Source of the DNA: an uncultured Acidobacteriota bacterium
Lineage (GTDB): Bacteria > Acidobacteriota > Thermoanaerobaculia > UBA5066 > Gp7-AA6
Direction of reading: 5' to 3'
NCBI GenBank assembly: GCA_963725095.1
Contig: CAVRXJ010000017.1
Span: 1,158 to 65,157 of the forward strand
Length of the DNA: 64,000 bases
A program made the position numbers and the translations under genes. Position 1 is the stretch's first letter. The number at the start of each line of letters is the position of its first letter. A model generated the notes under the pieces. That model was given only the letters and a program-made list of their open reading frames with translations. It made no database searches and was not told the DNA's origin. Shown piece after piece: positions 29,688 to 42,188 of the stretch.

Positions 29688-30854
29688 CTCAAGCGAAAAG
29701 CCTGTCGATCCTTCAGGTTCTCGAGAAGGGGGACTTCAACACCGGCAGCGTCGTCCAGATGTACCAGCTCGCGCGCGGCCTGGCGCAGCGGGGGCATCGG
29801 ATCGGCGTGGTCACGCGGCCGGGCACCGAAGTGGCCGAGCGCGCGCGCGTGGACGGGCTCGAAGTCTTCGAGCTTGCCGCTGCGCGGGTCGTTCGATTTC
29901 AAGAGCGCCCGGGCGCTCGGCCGCGCGTACGAGCAGACGCAGGCCGACCTCGTCCACGCGCACAAGGGGATCGCGCACGCCGTGGCGCTCGGCGCGACCT
30001 TCTTCTCGAGGCGCCGGCCGCTGCTCGTGGCCAATCGCGGCGTCTCCTTCCCGCTCTACTTCCTGAACCGGTGGAAGTACCGGGTCCGCCTGGCCGCCGT
30101 CGTGGCCGTTTGCGAGGACACGCGGCGGGTCGTCATCGCCTCCGGAGGACTCGCGCCCGAGAAGGTCCACGTCGTGCACGCGGGAGTCGACCCGGCCGTC
30201 TTCGATCCGGCCAGGGTCGACGGCGACCGGATCCGCCGCGAGTGGGGGATTGCCGCCGGGGAGAAGCTCCTCGTGCAGGTCTCGGCGCGCAACTACAAGG
30301 GCTGGCGGGACCTGCTGGCCGGCGCGGCGATGCTCTCCCGCGAGCATCCGCACTTGAAGGTCGCCCTCGTGGCGTGTCCCGATGAGCGCGTCCAAGGCGG
30401 CCGTCGAAGACGCGGCCCGGACCCTGGGAATCGGCAGACCGCGTGATCGCCGTCGGCTACCGCCAGGACGTGCCGGACATCCTCGGCGCCGCGGACGTCG
30501 TGGCGGACCTGTCGTGGGCGGGGCTCGGGATCACGGGAACGCTGCGCGAGGCCATGGCGCTCGGCAAGCCGGTCGTCGCTTCCTCGGCCGGCGGCAATCC
30601 CGAGCTCGTCGCGGACGGCCGAGTCCGGCCTCCTCGTGCCCCCGCGCGATCCGGCGGCCTTTGCCGCCGCCCTGCGCCGCCTGCTCGAAGACCCGGAGCT
30701 GGCGCGGCGGCTGGGGGCCGGCGGGCACGAGCGCGTGCTGGCCGGATTCACCGTCGAGGCGCGCCTGGACCGGATGGAGTCGCTCTACCGCCGGCTCATC
30801 GCCGCAGAAGGGCGAGCAGAAGCGACAGTAGAAGCGACAGCACGAGGCATGTGA
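29684..30854 (+). CDS. glycosyltransferase family 4 (GT-B; about four apparent frameshifts)
   Basis: MPQAKSLSILQVLEKGDFNTGSVVQMYQLARGLAQRGHRIGVVT.., ..DLVHAHKGIAHAVAL.., ..VHVVHAGVD.., C-terminal ..AMALGKPVVASSAGGNPELV / ESGLLVPPRDPAAFAAALRRLLEDPELARRLG... Switches near 29870, 30385, 30440 and 30620. Confidence 0.8.
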
Positions 30855-30993
30855 CGATCGGAAACACGAACGTGAATCCGGGCCGGCGCACGACGATGTC
30901 GCCCGGCAGCCGTCCGGCGTAGCGCGACAGGATCGGCCAGAGAAGCCCGGCGGCCAGCAGGAGGGTCCCGGCGGCGATCAGCAGGGCGCGCAC
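30796..30993 (-). CDS. DUF2905 family small membrane protein
   Basis: GTG 30993. The 65-aa product is VRALLIAAGTLLLAAGLLWPILSRYAGRLPGDIVVRRPGFTFVFPIVTCLVLSLLLSLLLALLRR*, the typical DUF2905 pattern (LPGDI....G..F.FP). Convergently overlaps the annotated GT4 tail. Confidence 0.7.
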   Translation of the reverse strand: MRALLIAAGTLLLAAGLLWPILSRYAGRLPGDIVVRRPGFTFVFPIVTCLVLSLLLSLLLALLRR

Positions 30994-31077
30994 GGTTGAA
31001 TTCTCTCTCACCCGGTGGCATGATCGACGGGTCCTCCCTGCTCGGGTCCCCGCCGCGGCCCTTCTCCGGCGACTGCC

Positions 31078-31782
31078 ATGACCGAGCCCAACCCCATCCC
31101 GACCTTCCGCATCCGCGACATTCCCTTCGAGGACCGTCCCCGCGAGCGCCTGTCGCGCCTGGGCCCGGCGGCCCTGTCGAACGAGGAGCTGCTGGCGCTG
31201 CTGCTCGGCACCGGATCGCGCGGCGAGAGCGCCCTCGACCGGGCGCGCCGCCTGCTCTCGACGCACGGCGGCCTGGCGGGACTGGCGGGGCTCTCGGGCG
31301 CGGAGCTGCGGCGCGAGCGGGGCGTCAAGCAGGCGCGCGGCGCCGCGATCGAGGCGGCCCTCGAGATCGGGAGGCGCCTCGCGACCGAGACGCTCGGCGG
31401 CCGGGACCTCTTCAACGAGCCGCGGCTCGTGAAGGAGTCCCTGCGGCGCTCGCAGGGCGACGGCACACAGGAGCGCACCGGCGCGCTCTTCTTGAACGCG
31501 CGGAATCGCCTGATCCGGCACGATCCCGAGATCTACCGCGGCACGCTCGACCGCGCCGTCGTCGAGCCGCGGGAGCTCCTGAAGCGGGCCCTTCTCTCCA
31601 ACGCGGCGGGTCTGATCGTCTACCACAACCACCCCTCCGGAGATCCCACGCCGTCGCGCGAGGACCGCGAGTTCACGCGGCGTCTGGCGTCCGCCGCCGA
31701 AGCGGTCGGGTTGCGGCTGCTCGACCACATCGTCGTGGCCCGGGACGGGTGCGTGTCGCTGCGCGAGGCGGGAATGATGTAG
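31078..31782 (+). CDS. radC: RadC-family JAB/MPN domain protein
   Basis: Intact 234 aa. HhH-like N-term (LSNEELLALLLGTGSRG) and JAMM motif VYHNHPSGDPTPSREDREFTRRL. Confidence 0.9.
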   Translation: MTEPNPIPTFRIRDIPFEDRPRERLSRLGPAALSNEELLALLLGTGSRGESALDRARRLLSTHGGLAGLAGLSGAELRRERGVKQARGAAIEAALEIGRRLATETLGGRDLFNEPRLVKESLRRSQGDGTQERTGALFLNARNRLIRHDPEIYRGTLDRAVVEPRELLKRALLSNAAGLIVYHNHPSGDPTPSREDREFTRRLASAAEAVGLRLLDHIVVARDGCVSLREAGMM

Positions 31783-31866
31783 GTGCGAAGTCGGAGTTGT
31801 CCGTCGTCAGTTCCGGAAACTGAGAACCGAAGACTGAAAACTGTCCTGATATCTTTCGCGTCTCCC

Positions 31867-33816
31867 ATGAAGCCCTTCTACCTCACGACGCCGATCTACT
31901 ACGTCAACGATCTGCCCCACATCGGGCACATCTACTCGACGGTGGTCTGCGACGTCGCGACGCGCTTCCACCGCCTGATCGGCGATCCGACGCGCCTCCT
32001 GACCGGCACCGACGAGCACGGGCAGAACATCGAGAAGGCCGCCGCGGCGCAGGGCATCGCGCCGATCGCGCTGGCCGACCGCGTGGTGGCGCGCTACCAC
32101 GAGCTCTACGAGCGATTCGAGATCGCCCACGACGACTTCATCCGCACGACCGAGACGCGGCACCACCGCGGTGTCGAGGCCCTGATCGCCCGGATCGAGG
32201 CGGCCGGCGACTTCTACGTGGCCCGGCACGAGGGGTGGTACTGCTCGAGCTGCGAGGCCTTCTACACGGAGAAGGAGCTCGACGGCGAGAAGCGATGTCC
32301 CGGTCCACGGCACGCCCTGCGCCTGGGAGTCCGAGGAGAACGTCTTCTTCCGCCTGTCCCGCTACGCCGCGCCGCTGCTCGACCACTACGAAAAGCACCC
32401 CGAGTTCGTCCGGCCGGAGACCCGCCTGGCCGAGGTCGTCTCCTTCGTGCGCGGCGGGCTGAATGACCTCTCGGTCTCGCGGTCGAAGGTGAAGTGGGGC
32501 ATCCCGTTCCCCGGCCGGCCCGGGCCACGTCGTCTACGTCTGGCTCGACGCGCTGGCCAACTACATCACCGCGCTCGGCTTCGGCTCGGCGGACGACCGC
32601 TTCTACCGGGAGTTCTGGGAGGCGCCGGAGGGCCGGCGCGTGCACCTGATCGGCAAGGACATCCTGCGCTTCCACGCCGTCTACTGGCCGGCGTTCCTGC
32701 TCTCGGCGGGCCTGCCGCTGCCGACGACCGTCTGGGCGCACGGCTGGTGGCTGCGCGACGCGAAGAAGATGTCCAAGTCCGTCGGCAACGTCGTGCGGCC
32801 CGACGCCCTCGTCGCGGCGTTCGGGCCGGACGCGCTGCGCTACTTCCTGCTGCGCGAGATGACCTTCGGCCAGGACGCGAGCTTCTCCGACGAGGCGTTC
32901 CTCGACGCGGTACAACGCCGACCTGGCCAACGACCTCGGCAACACCGTCTCGCGCGTCGCGGCGCTCTGCCGGCAGTCCTTCGGCGGCGTGCCTCCGGAG
33001 CGCTGCGACGGACAACGAGGTCCGGAGCGCGCTTCGAGCGCGACGCTGCCCGAGTGGCGCGCCGCGATGGAGGAGTTCGCCTTCAACCGGGCGCTCGAGG
33101 CCGTCTGGCGCCTGCTGACGGAGATCAACGGATACGTCGTGGCGCGCGAGCCGTGGAAGGTGCGCAAGGAGGAGGGGGCTTCGCCGCGCCTCGCCCGGAT
33201 CCTCTACGCCGCGGCCGAGGGCGTGCGGACCGTGCGGCGTCCTGCTCTCGCCGTTCCTGCCCGCGACCTCCCGCCGGATCTTCGAGGCGTTCGGTCTCCC
33301 CGCGCGGGACGCCGCAGTCGTCCGACCTCGCGTGGGGAGCGCCTGGTCCCCGGAACCGCCGATGCCCGAGCCGCCGGCGCTCTTTCCGCGCGCCGACGCC
33401 GGCGCTTACTTTCGAGACGAAGGAGCCAGCCATGAGCGAGAAACCCGCCGAGCCCGCCGCCGTGCCCGACGGCCGCCGCCGCCGACGGCCGGATCGGGAT
33501 CGAGGAGTTCCAGAAGGTCCAGCTGAAGACCGCGAAGATCGTCGCCGCCGAGCGCGTGCCCAAGTCGAACAAGCTGATGCGGCTGCAGGTCGACCTCGGA
33601 TCCGAGCAGCGCCAGATCGTCGCGGGCATCGCCGCGAAGTACGAGCCCGAGGCGCTCGTCGGCCGCAACGTCGTCGATCGTCGCGAACCTGAAGCCCGCC
33701 AAGCTCATGGGCGTCGAGTCCAACGGCATGGTGCTCGCGGCCACGGTGGGAGAAGCGGGGGAGCCGTCGCTGCTCGAAGTCGCCGCCGACGTCCCGCCGG
33801 GGAGCAAGGTCAAATA
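31867..33816 (+). CDS. metG: methionine--tRNA ligase with C-terminal tRNA-binding (EMAP/Trbp111-like) domain (about eight apparent frameshifts)
   Basis: MKPFYLTTPIYYVNDLPHIGHIYS (HIGH), Zn knuckle region CSSCEAFYTE, KKMSKSVGNVV (KMSKS), anticodon-binding ..NRALEAVWRLLTEINGYVVAREPWK.., C-term IEEFQKVQLKTAKIVAAERVPKSNKLMRLQVDLGSEQRQIVAGI..NLKPAKLMGVESNGMVLAA..* with TAG at 33814-33816. Confidence 0.85.
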
Positions 33817-33819
33817 GAT

Positions 33820-34596
33820 CTGCCCTCTCTTCTCTCCGACTCTCACTGCCATCTCCAGATGGCCGCGGATGCCGACGCGCTGCTCGCGCGGGCGCGCACG
33901 GCGGGAGTGCGCCCGGTTCCTCGTTCCGGGAACGACGCTCGCGGACTCGGCCGCGGCGGTCGCGCTGGCGCAGTCGCACGGCGACGTCTGGGCGGCCGTC
34001 GGCGTTCATCCGCACGAGGCGAGGGACTTCGACCCGAAGCGGGACGGCGCGGCGCTCGAGGAGCTCGCGCGCCGGCCGCGCGTGGCCGCCATCGGCGAAG
34101 TCGGGCTCGACTTCCACTACGACCTGTCGCCGCGGGACAAGCAGATCGAGGTCCTCGAGTGGATGCTCGATCTCGCGCGCCGGCTCTCCCTTCCGGCGAT
34201 CCTCCACAACCGGGAGTCGGGCGCGGAGATGCTCGCGCTCCTCGGCCGGCTGCCGGCCCGCGAGCGGCCGGGCGTCTTCCACTCGTTCACGGAGAGCGCC
34301 GCGTACGGCCGCCAGGCGGTCGACCGCGGCTACCTCGATCTCCTTCTCCGGAATGATCACGTTCCGCGCGGCGGAGAACATCCGCGAGGCCGCGGCCGGC
34401 CTGCCGCTCGATGCGATGCTCGTCGAGACCGACACGCCCTACCTCGCGCCGGTCCCCTTCCGCGGGAAGCCCTGCGAGCCGGCCTTCGTGGTCGAGACGG
34501 CAAGGAAGCTCGCGGCAGGTCAAGGGCGTCTCCCTGGAGGCGGCGGCGCAGGCGACGACCGCCAACTTCGACCGGCTCTTCGCCGTCGCGCGGTGA
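33820..34596 (+). CDS. tatD: TatD family metal-dependent hydrolase (about three apparent frameshifts; start codon unresolved)
   Basis: ..LPSLLSDSHCHLQMAADADALLARARTAGV / FLVPGTTLADSAAAVALAQSHGDVWAAVGVHPHEA..IGEVGLDFHYD..LPAILHNRES..VFHSFTES / SFSGMITFRAAENIREAAAGLPLDAMLVETDTPYLAPVPFRGKPCEPAFV / VKGVSLEAAAQATTANFDRLFAVAR*. No canonical start lies upstream of the HxH motif (in-frame ATA 33814, CTG 33820). Confidence 0.75.
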
Positions 34597-34961
34597 GATC
34601 CTCCCGCGTCACGCCCGCCCAGTTCGACGCCTACGTCGAGGAGGCCCTCGCCTCGGTGCCGGAGAAGTTCCGCCGCTACCTCGAAAACGTCGCCGTCCTC
34701 GTCGAGGAGGAGCCCTCCGAGGAGGACTACGACGAGACCGACACCGCGGACGAGGACGAGCTCTTCGGCATCTTTCGCGGGGTTCCGTACTTCGAGCGGG
34801 ACGCCTCGGTTTCGGCGCTGCCCGCGCAGATCGCCATCTTCCGGGGCCCCATCCTGCGCGTCTGCGAGAGCCGCGGCGAAGCGGTCCGCGAGATCCGGGA
34901 CACCGTCGTCCACGAGATCGGCCACATGCTGGGTCTCGGCGACGAGGAGATGCCGTACTGA
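34593..34961 (+). CDS. metallopeptidase family protein (DUF1025 / zincin-like, HExxH)
   Basis: GTG 34593 overlaps the tatD stop (GTGA). VTPAQFDAYVEEALASVPEKFRRYLENVAVLVEEEPS...TVVHEIGHMLGLGDEEMPY*. Confidence 0.75.
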   Translation: MRSSRVTPAQFDAYVEEALASVPEKFRRYLENVAVLVEEEPSEEDYDETDTADEDELFGIFRGVPYFERDASVSALPAQIAIFRGPILRVCESRGEAVREIRDTVVHEIGHMLGLGDEEMPY

Positions 34962-34989
34962 AAAGGAACGGGCCGCCCGAAGGCGGCCC
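34960..34989 (-). terminator. intrinsic terminator downstream of pnp (hairpin shared with the convergent + strand gene)
   Basis: 8-bp GC stem GGGCCGCC (34970-77) / GGCGGCCC (34982-89) with loop CGAA. On the minus strand it is followed by GTTCCTTTTCA. A second small hairpin, CTCCG-CTCGA-CGGAG, lies at 34996-35010. Confidence 0.6.
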
Positions 34990-35013
34990 GGTGGTCTCCG
35001 CTCGACGGAGGCT

Positions 35014-37242
35014 CTAGCGCCGTGGTCCCCGCGGTCCGCGGTTGTCGCGGTTGGGATGGCCGCGATGCTCGGCGGGGCCGCGCCCGCCGCGCGGGAACTC
35101 GCCCCGGCCCTCGTCCTCGCCCGGCGCGCCCACGGGAGCCAGCGCCATCTCGGCCTCGATCTCCTCCTTGGAGAGCGCCTGCTTGCGCGAGAGCTTGATC
35201 TTGCCGGTCGGGTCGACCGCGATGATCTTGACGGTGACTTCGTCGCCTTCCTTGACCACGTCGGTCGTCTCGCGCACGCGGTAGGGCGCGAGCTCCGAGA
35301 TGTGGACCAGGCCGTCCTGTCCGGGGAGGATCTCGACGAAGGCTCCGTACGGCTCGACCCGCCGCACCTTGCCCTTGTAGACCTTGCCGATCTCCGGCTC
35401 CTGCGTGAGGCTTTCGATGATCTCGATCGCGCGCAGGGCAGCCGCCTCGTCGGAAGAGGCGATGGAGACGCGCCCGGAGTCCTCGACGTCGATCTTGCAG
35501 CCGGTCGACTCGATGATCGAGCGGATCGTCTTGCCGCCGCTGCCGATGACGTCGCGGATGCGGTCGCGGGGAATCTGGATCGTGAAGATGCGCGGGGCGA
35601 AGGGGGAGATGTTCGGGCGCGGCCGGTCGAGCGCCATCGCCATCTTTCCGAGGATCTCGAGGCGTCCCCGGCGGGCCTGCTCGAGGGCCTGCTCCACGAT
35701 CTCGCGGCGCAGCCCCTTGATCTTGATGTCCATCTGGAGGGCGGTGATGCCTTCGGCCGAGCCCGCCACCTTGAAGTCCATGTCGCCGTAGTGGTCTTCC
35801 TGGCCTGCGATGTCCGAGAGGATGGCGAAGCGGTCGCCGTCGGACACGAGGCCCATGGCGACCCCCGCGATCGGGGCCTTGATCGGCACGCCGGCGTCCA
35901 TGAGCGTGAGCGTGCCGCCGCAGACCGTGGCCATCGAAGAGGAACCGTTGGACTCGAGGATGTCCGACACCACGCGCACGGTGTACGGGAAGGCTTCCTC
36001 GCTCGGGAGCACCGGCGAGAGCGCGCGCCGCGCCAGGTTGCCGTGTCCGATGTCGCGCCGCGAGGGCCCGCGCATGAACTTCGTCTCTCCGACCGAGAAG
36101 GGCGGGAAGTTGTAGTGGAGCAGGAACGTGTGCTCGGACTCGCCCTCGTACTCCTCGATGATCTGGGCGTCGTCGGAGGTGCCGAGCGTCGCCGTGACGA
36201 GCGCCTGCGTCTCGCCGCGTGTGAAGAGGGCCGAGCCGTGCGTGCGGGGAAGCAACCCCACCTCGCACGTGATGGGACGGATCTCGTCGAAGCGCCGTCC
36301 GTCGAGGCGCCGGCCGGCGAGGATCGTCTCCCGGGTGAGGACCTTGACCAGGTCGTCGGCGGCGCGGGCCGTCTGCTCGCGCCGCTCGGCCTCCGCCTCC
36401 GGAACGAGCGACGCGGCGGCCTTCTTGACCGCCTTGATCTCGGCGTAGGAGGCGATCTTCCCCTTCATCGTGAGGGCCGCCATCATCGGCGCCTCCCACT
36501 TCTGGCGGACTTCGGCGAGCACCGCGGCGGGGTAGGCCTCGGGGGCTTCCCAGTGCGGTTTCTGATACCCGGCCTTGGCGGCGAGGTCCTTCTGCGCCGC
36601 GACGATCCTCTTGATCGACTCGTGGCCGAAGAAGATCGCGTCGATCATGTCGCGCTCGGAGACCTCTCGGGCGCCGGCCTCGACCATGACGACGGCGTTC
36701 TCCGTCCCCGCGACGATCAGGTCGATGTCGGAGCGGTCACGGTCGGCGTTGGACGGGTTCACGACGAGCTGGCCGTTCAGGCGCCCGACGCGCACGGCGC
36801 CGACAGGCGAATAGAACGGGATCAGGGAGCAGGTCAGGGCCGTCGAGGCCGCGTTCAGGGCGAGGATGTCGGGGTCATTCTGGCCGTCCGCCGAGAGGAC
36901 GAAGGCGATCAGCTGGGTCTCGTGGAAGAAGCCCTTCGGGAAGAGGGGCCGCATGGGCCGGTCGATCAGCCGCGAGGTCAGGATCTCCTTCTCGGTGGGC
37001 CGTCCCTCCCGCTTGAACCACCCGCCCGGGATGCGCCCGGCGGCGTAGGTGTTCTCGCGGTAGTCGACCGTCAGGGGAAAGAACTCGGCGTTTAACTTGG
37101 GCTCCTTGGCGAAGACGGCCGTGCCGAGGACGACCGTGTCGCCGTAGCGCACGACGGCGCTGCCGTCGGCCTGCTTGGCGAGCTTTCCGATCTCGATCTC
37201 GAGGGTATGGCTGCCCAGGGGGAGGCTGGTCTTGTGGATCAT
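35014..37242 (-). CDS. pnp: polyribonucleotide nucleotidyltransferase (PNPase)
   Basis: Intact 742 aa with two RNase PH domains, KH and S1 (..[33 protein letters not shown]..). Confidence 0.97.
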   Translation of the reverse strand: MIHKTSLPLGSHTLEIEIGKLAKQADGSAVVRYGDTVVLGTAVFAKEPKLNAEFFPLTVDYRENTYAAGRIPGGWFKREGRPTEKEILTSRLIDRPMRPLFPKGFFHETQLIAFVLSADGQNDPDILALNAASTALTCSLIPFYSPVGAVRVGRLNGQLVVNPSNADRDRSDIDLIVAGTENAVVMVEAGAREVSERDMIDAIFFGHESIKRIVAAQKDLAAKAGYQKPHWEAPEAYPAAVLAEVRQKWEAPMMAALTMKGKIASYAEIKAVKKAAASLVPEAEAERREQTARAADDLVKVLTRETILAGRRLDGRRFDEIRPITCEVGLLPRTHGSALFTRGETQALVTATLGTSDDAQIIEEYEGESEHTFLLHYNFPPFSVGETKFMRGPSRRDIGHGNLARRALSPVLPSEEAFPYTVRVVSDILESNGSSSMATVCGGTLTLMDAGVPIKAPIAGVAMGLVSDGDRFAILSDIAGQEDHYGDMDFKVAGSAEGITALQMDIKIKGLRREIVEQALEQARRGRLEILGKMAMALDRPRPNISPFAPRIFTIQIPRDRIRDVIGSGGKTIRSIIESTGCKIDVEDSGRVSIASSDEAAALRAIEIIESLTQEPEIGKVYKGKVRRVEPYGAFVEILPGQDGLVHISELAPYRVRETTDVVKEGDEVTVKIIAVDPTGKIKLSRKQALSKEEIEAEMALAPVGAPGEDEGRGEFPRGGRGPAEHRGHPNRDNRGPRGPRR

Positions 37243-37350
37243 GGCTCTTCCTTCAGTTCAAGCGGCGCCGCGACGGGCGAAAGGGAGGCGGCGGCCGAGG
37301 CCGCGCTTCTCTCGGGGAGGTCGCCCGAGACCCGACGGGGGCCGTCGGGT
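37243..37350 (-). promoter_or_regulatory. structured rpsO-pnp intergenic leader (post-rpsO hairpin plus a long composite stem-loop)
   Basis: Minus strand: ACCCGACGG-CCC-CCGTCGGGT (37330-37350) sits directly after the rpsO stop. CGGGCGA..(GCGGCC-TC-GGCCGC)..TCGCCCG then spans ~37270-37328 upstream of the pnp SD (GAAGGAAGAG). Confidence 0.4.
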
Positions 37351-37626
37351 CTACTTGCGGATACCGAGGCGTTCGATCAGCTTCTGGTAGCGCTCGGCGC
37401 TTTCGCTCTTGAGGTAGTCGAGCAGCCGCCGGCGCCGGCTGACGAGCTTCAGCAAGCCGCGCCGCGAGTGGTGGTCCTTCGCGTTCGTCTTGAAGTGGTC
37501 CGTCAGGTATCCGATCCGGTTGGTCAGCAGCGCGACCTGCACCTCGGGGGAGCCGGTGTCGCTTTCGTGGGTGCGGAACTGCCGGACGATGTTCGGCTTC
37601 TCCGTTGCGTATTCCGTGACGTTCAC
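37351..37626 (-). CDS. rpsO: 30S ribosomal protein S15
   Basis: GTG 37626 lies 4 nt after GGAGG; the ORF track extends to 37650. ..[57 protein letters not shown].. Confidence 0.93.
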   Translation of the reverse strand: MNVTEYATEKPNIVRQFRTHESDTGSPEVQVALLTNRIGYLTDHFKTNAKDHHSRRGLLKLVSRRRRLLDYLKSESAERYQKLIERLGIRK

Positions 37627-37696
37627 TGAACCTCCACTGCTTTCACTCACTCACACTTTTTCTATAAACGCGCAGCCTACCACGAAAGATGTGAGC

Positions 37697-37717
37697 TGTC
37701 AGCCATCAGCTTTCAGC
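37697..37717. repeat. 3 x 7-nt tandem repeat NNTCAGC in the truB-rpsO spacer
   Basis: TGTCAGC CATCAGC TTTCAGC on the + strand, with a fourth TCAGC at 37736-37740. CACTCACTCACAC lies nearby at 37644-37656. Confidence 0.6.
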
Positions 37718-37735
37718 CCTCCGCCGGCGTCGATC

Positions 37736-38683
37736 TCAGCCCTCCAGGACGATCTTCGGGCGCACCAGGCTGATGCCCCCGTGCCCGATCGGCGTCACCT
37801 GGCCGAGGGCCACCATCTCGTCTCCGGGCCCGACCAGCGTGACCCAGTCGCCCTCGCGCGCGGCGAGGCTGCGCAGGGGGATCGACTGGCCCTTGCGGAG
37901 CTTCCAGGCTTCGAGCGAGGCGACCCGCACGCGTTCGAAGGGGAACGGGACGCGCAGGAGCGGGACGGCATGGGGCGCCCGGAGCCGCTCCTCGTCCGGC
38001 ATCCGCTCGAACGCTTCCAGCGGCAGGGCGTCGGAGACGCGGAAGTCGCCGACCCGGGTCCGCCGCAGGACCTCCAGGTGCGCTCCGCAGCCGAGCTTCT
38101 CGCCGAGCTCGCTCGCGATCGAGCGGATGTAGGTTCCCGAGGTGCAGGAGATCGAGAAGGGCAGGCCGCCGTCGGCGAGCGCTCCGAACTCGAGCGCGGA
38201 GACGCGGACCTTCTTGGGCTCGACCACCACGGTTTCGCCCTTACGCGCGAGCTCGTAGAGCTTGCGGCCGCCGACCTTCTTGGCGGAGTAGGGGGGCGGC
38301 GCCTGCAGGAAATCGCCGCGGAAGGAAGCGGCCGCCGCCTCGATGTCTTCCCGCCGCACGCCGCCGGCGTCGCGGTCCGGCCCGACGACGGCGCCCTCCT
38401 TGTCGAAGGTCGTCGTGGCCCGGCCGAGCCGGATGATCCCCTCGTAGGACTTGTCCATCCGCGTGAAGAAGCCCTGGAGGCGCGCCGCTCCCCCCGCGCA
38501 GAGCAGCAGGAGGCCGGTCGCCATCGGATCGAGCGTGCCGCTGTGCCCGATGCGGGGCAGCGTCAGGGCCCGTCGGACGTGCTCGACGACGTCGTGCGAG
38601 GTCAGGCCCGAGGGCTTGTCGATCAACAGGAGGAATCCCCGTCGCAGGGCGTCGGGAAGCCGCGGGGGAGCCGGGCGCGTCAC
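37736..38683 (-). CDS. truB: tRNA pseudouridine(55) synthase
   Basis: GTG 38683 overlaps the rbfA stop (GTGA). FLLLIDKPSGLTSHDVV, catalytic GHSGTLDPMATGLL, plus a PUA-like C-term. Intact. Confidence 0.9.
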   Translation of the reverse strand: MTRPAPPRLPDALRRGFLLLIDKPSGLTSHDVVEHVRRALTLPRIGHSGTLDPMATGLLLLCAGGAARLQGFFTRMDKSYEGIIRLGRATTTFDKEGAVVGPDRDAGGVRREDIEAAAASFRGDFLQAPPPYSAKKVGGRKLYELARKGETVVVEPKKVRVSALEFGALADGGLPFSISCTSGTYIRSIASELGEKLGCGAHLEVLRRTRVGDFRVSDALPLEAFERMPDEERLRAPHAVPLLRVPFPFERVRVASLEAWKLRKGQSIPLRSLAAREGDWVTLVGPGDEMVALGQVTPIGHGGISLVRPKIVLEG

Positions 38684-39057
38684 GATTCGTCTTCTTCGGG
38701 CGGCGGAGCGGCTGCGCGCACCTGCGTCAGCAGCTCCTCGATGCGGGCGCCCCGCTCGAGCGTCGCGTCGAAGAGGAAGTGCAGCTCCGGGGCGTACCGC
38801 AGCCCGCAGCGGCGCGTCACCTCCCGGCGCAGGTAACCCGACGCGCGCTCGAGCGCCTCGGTCACGCGCTCGCGCTCGTCGGCCGATCCGAGGCACGAGA
38901 AGTAGACGCGGGCCGACTTCAGGTCCGCCGGCATCTCGACGTCGGTGATCGTCACCTTGCGCAGCTCCGGGTCGTGCGCCTCCATCAGCGCCAGCCGCGA
39001 GATCTCCTCGCGCACGAGCAGGGCGACCCTCTGGCTGCGGCGCGGGTCCTTCTTCAT
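38680..39057 (-). CDS. rbfA: ribosome-binding factor A
   Basis: Intact 125 aa. RSQRVALLVREEISRL.., ..ITDVEMPADLKSARVYFS... Confidence 0.9.
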   Translation of the reverse strand: MKKDPRRSQRVALLVREEISRLALMEAHDPELRKVTITDVEMPADLKSARVYFSCLGSADERERVTEALERASGYLRREVTRRCGLRYAPELHFLFDATLERGARIEELLTQVRAAAPPPEEDES

Positions 39058-39090
39058 GGCCGCGCGCTCCGGGGCGCGGCGGGCTTGCGC

Positions 39091-39378
39091 TCAGACATGG
39101 ATGAATTCGTTCTCGTATCCCAGGATCTCACCATCGAAATTGCTCTCCACGAAGCTCAGGATCTTCTGCAACAGGGCATCCAGGGGCGGCTGGTCGGGCC
39201 CGACGGCCGCGACCGCCAGCGACCCGCGCTGCGTCAGGTCCTGGCCGTCCACCTCGGCGGCGGAAACTTCGAACTCGCGCCGGATGCGGCTCTTCAGGCT
39301 GCGCAGGACCATGCGCTTGTCCTTCAGGCCCCGCGATCCGGGCAGGTGGAGGTCGAAGACGGCGTAGGCGATGACCAC
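39091..39378 (-). CDS. DUF503 family protein (YlxP-like)
   Basis: Intact 95 aa. ..FDLHLPGSRGLKDKRMVLRSLKSRIRREFEVSAAEV... Sits in the conserved position between infB and rbfA. Confidence 0.85.
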   Translation of the reverse strand: MVIAYAVFDLHLPGSRGLKDKRMVLRSLKSRIRREFEVSAAEVDGQDLTQRGSLAVAAVGPDQPPLDALLQKILSFVESNFDGEILGYENEFIHV

Positions 39379-39408
39379 GGGGCTGAGGGCCGACGGCGGA
39401 AAGCCCGA

Positions 39409-42179
<2,771 letters not shown>

Positions 42180-42188
42180 GAACGCGGG

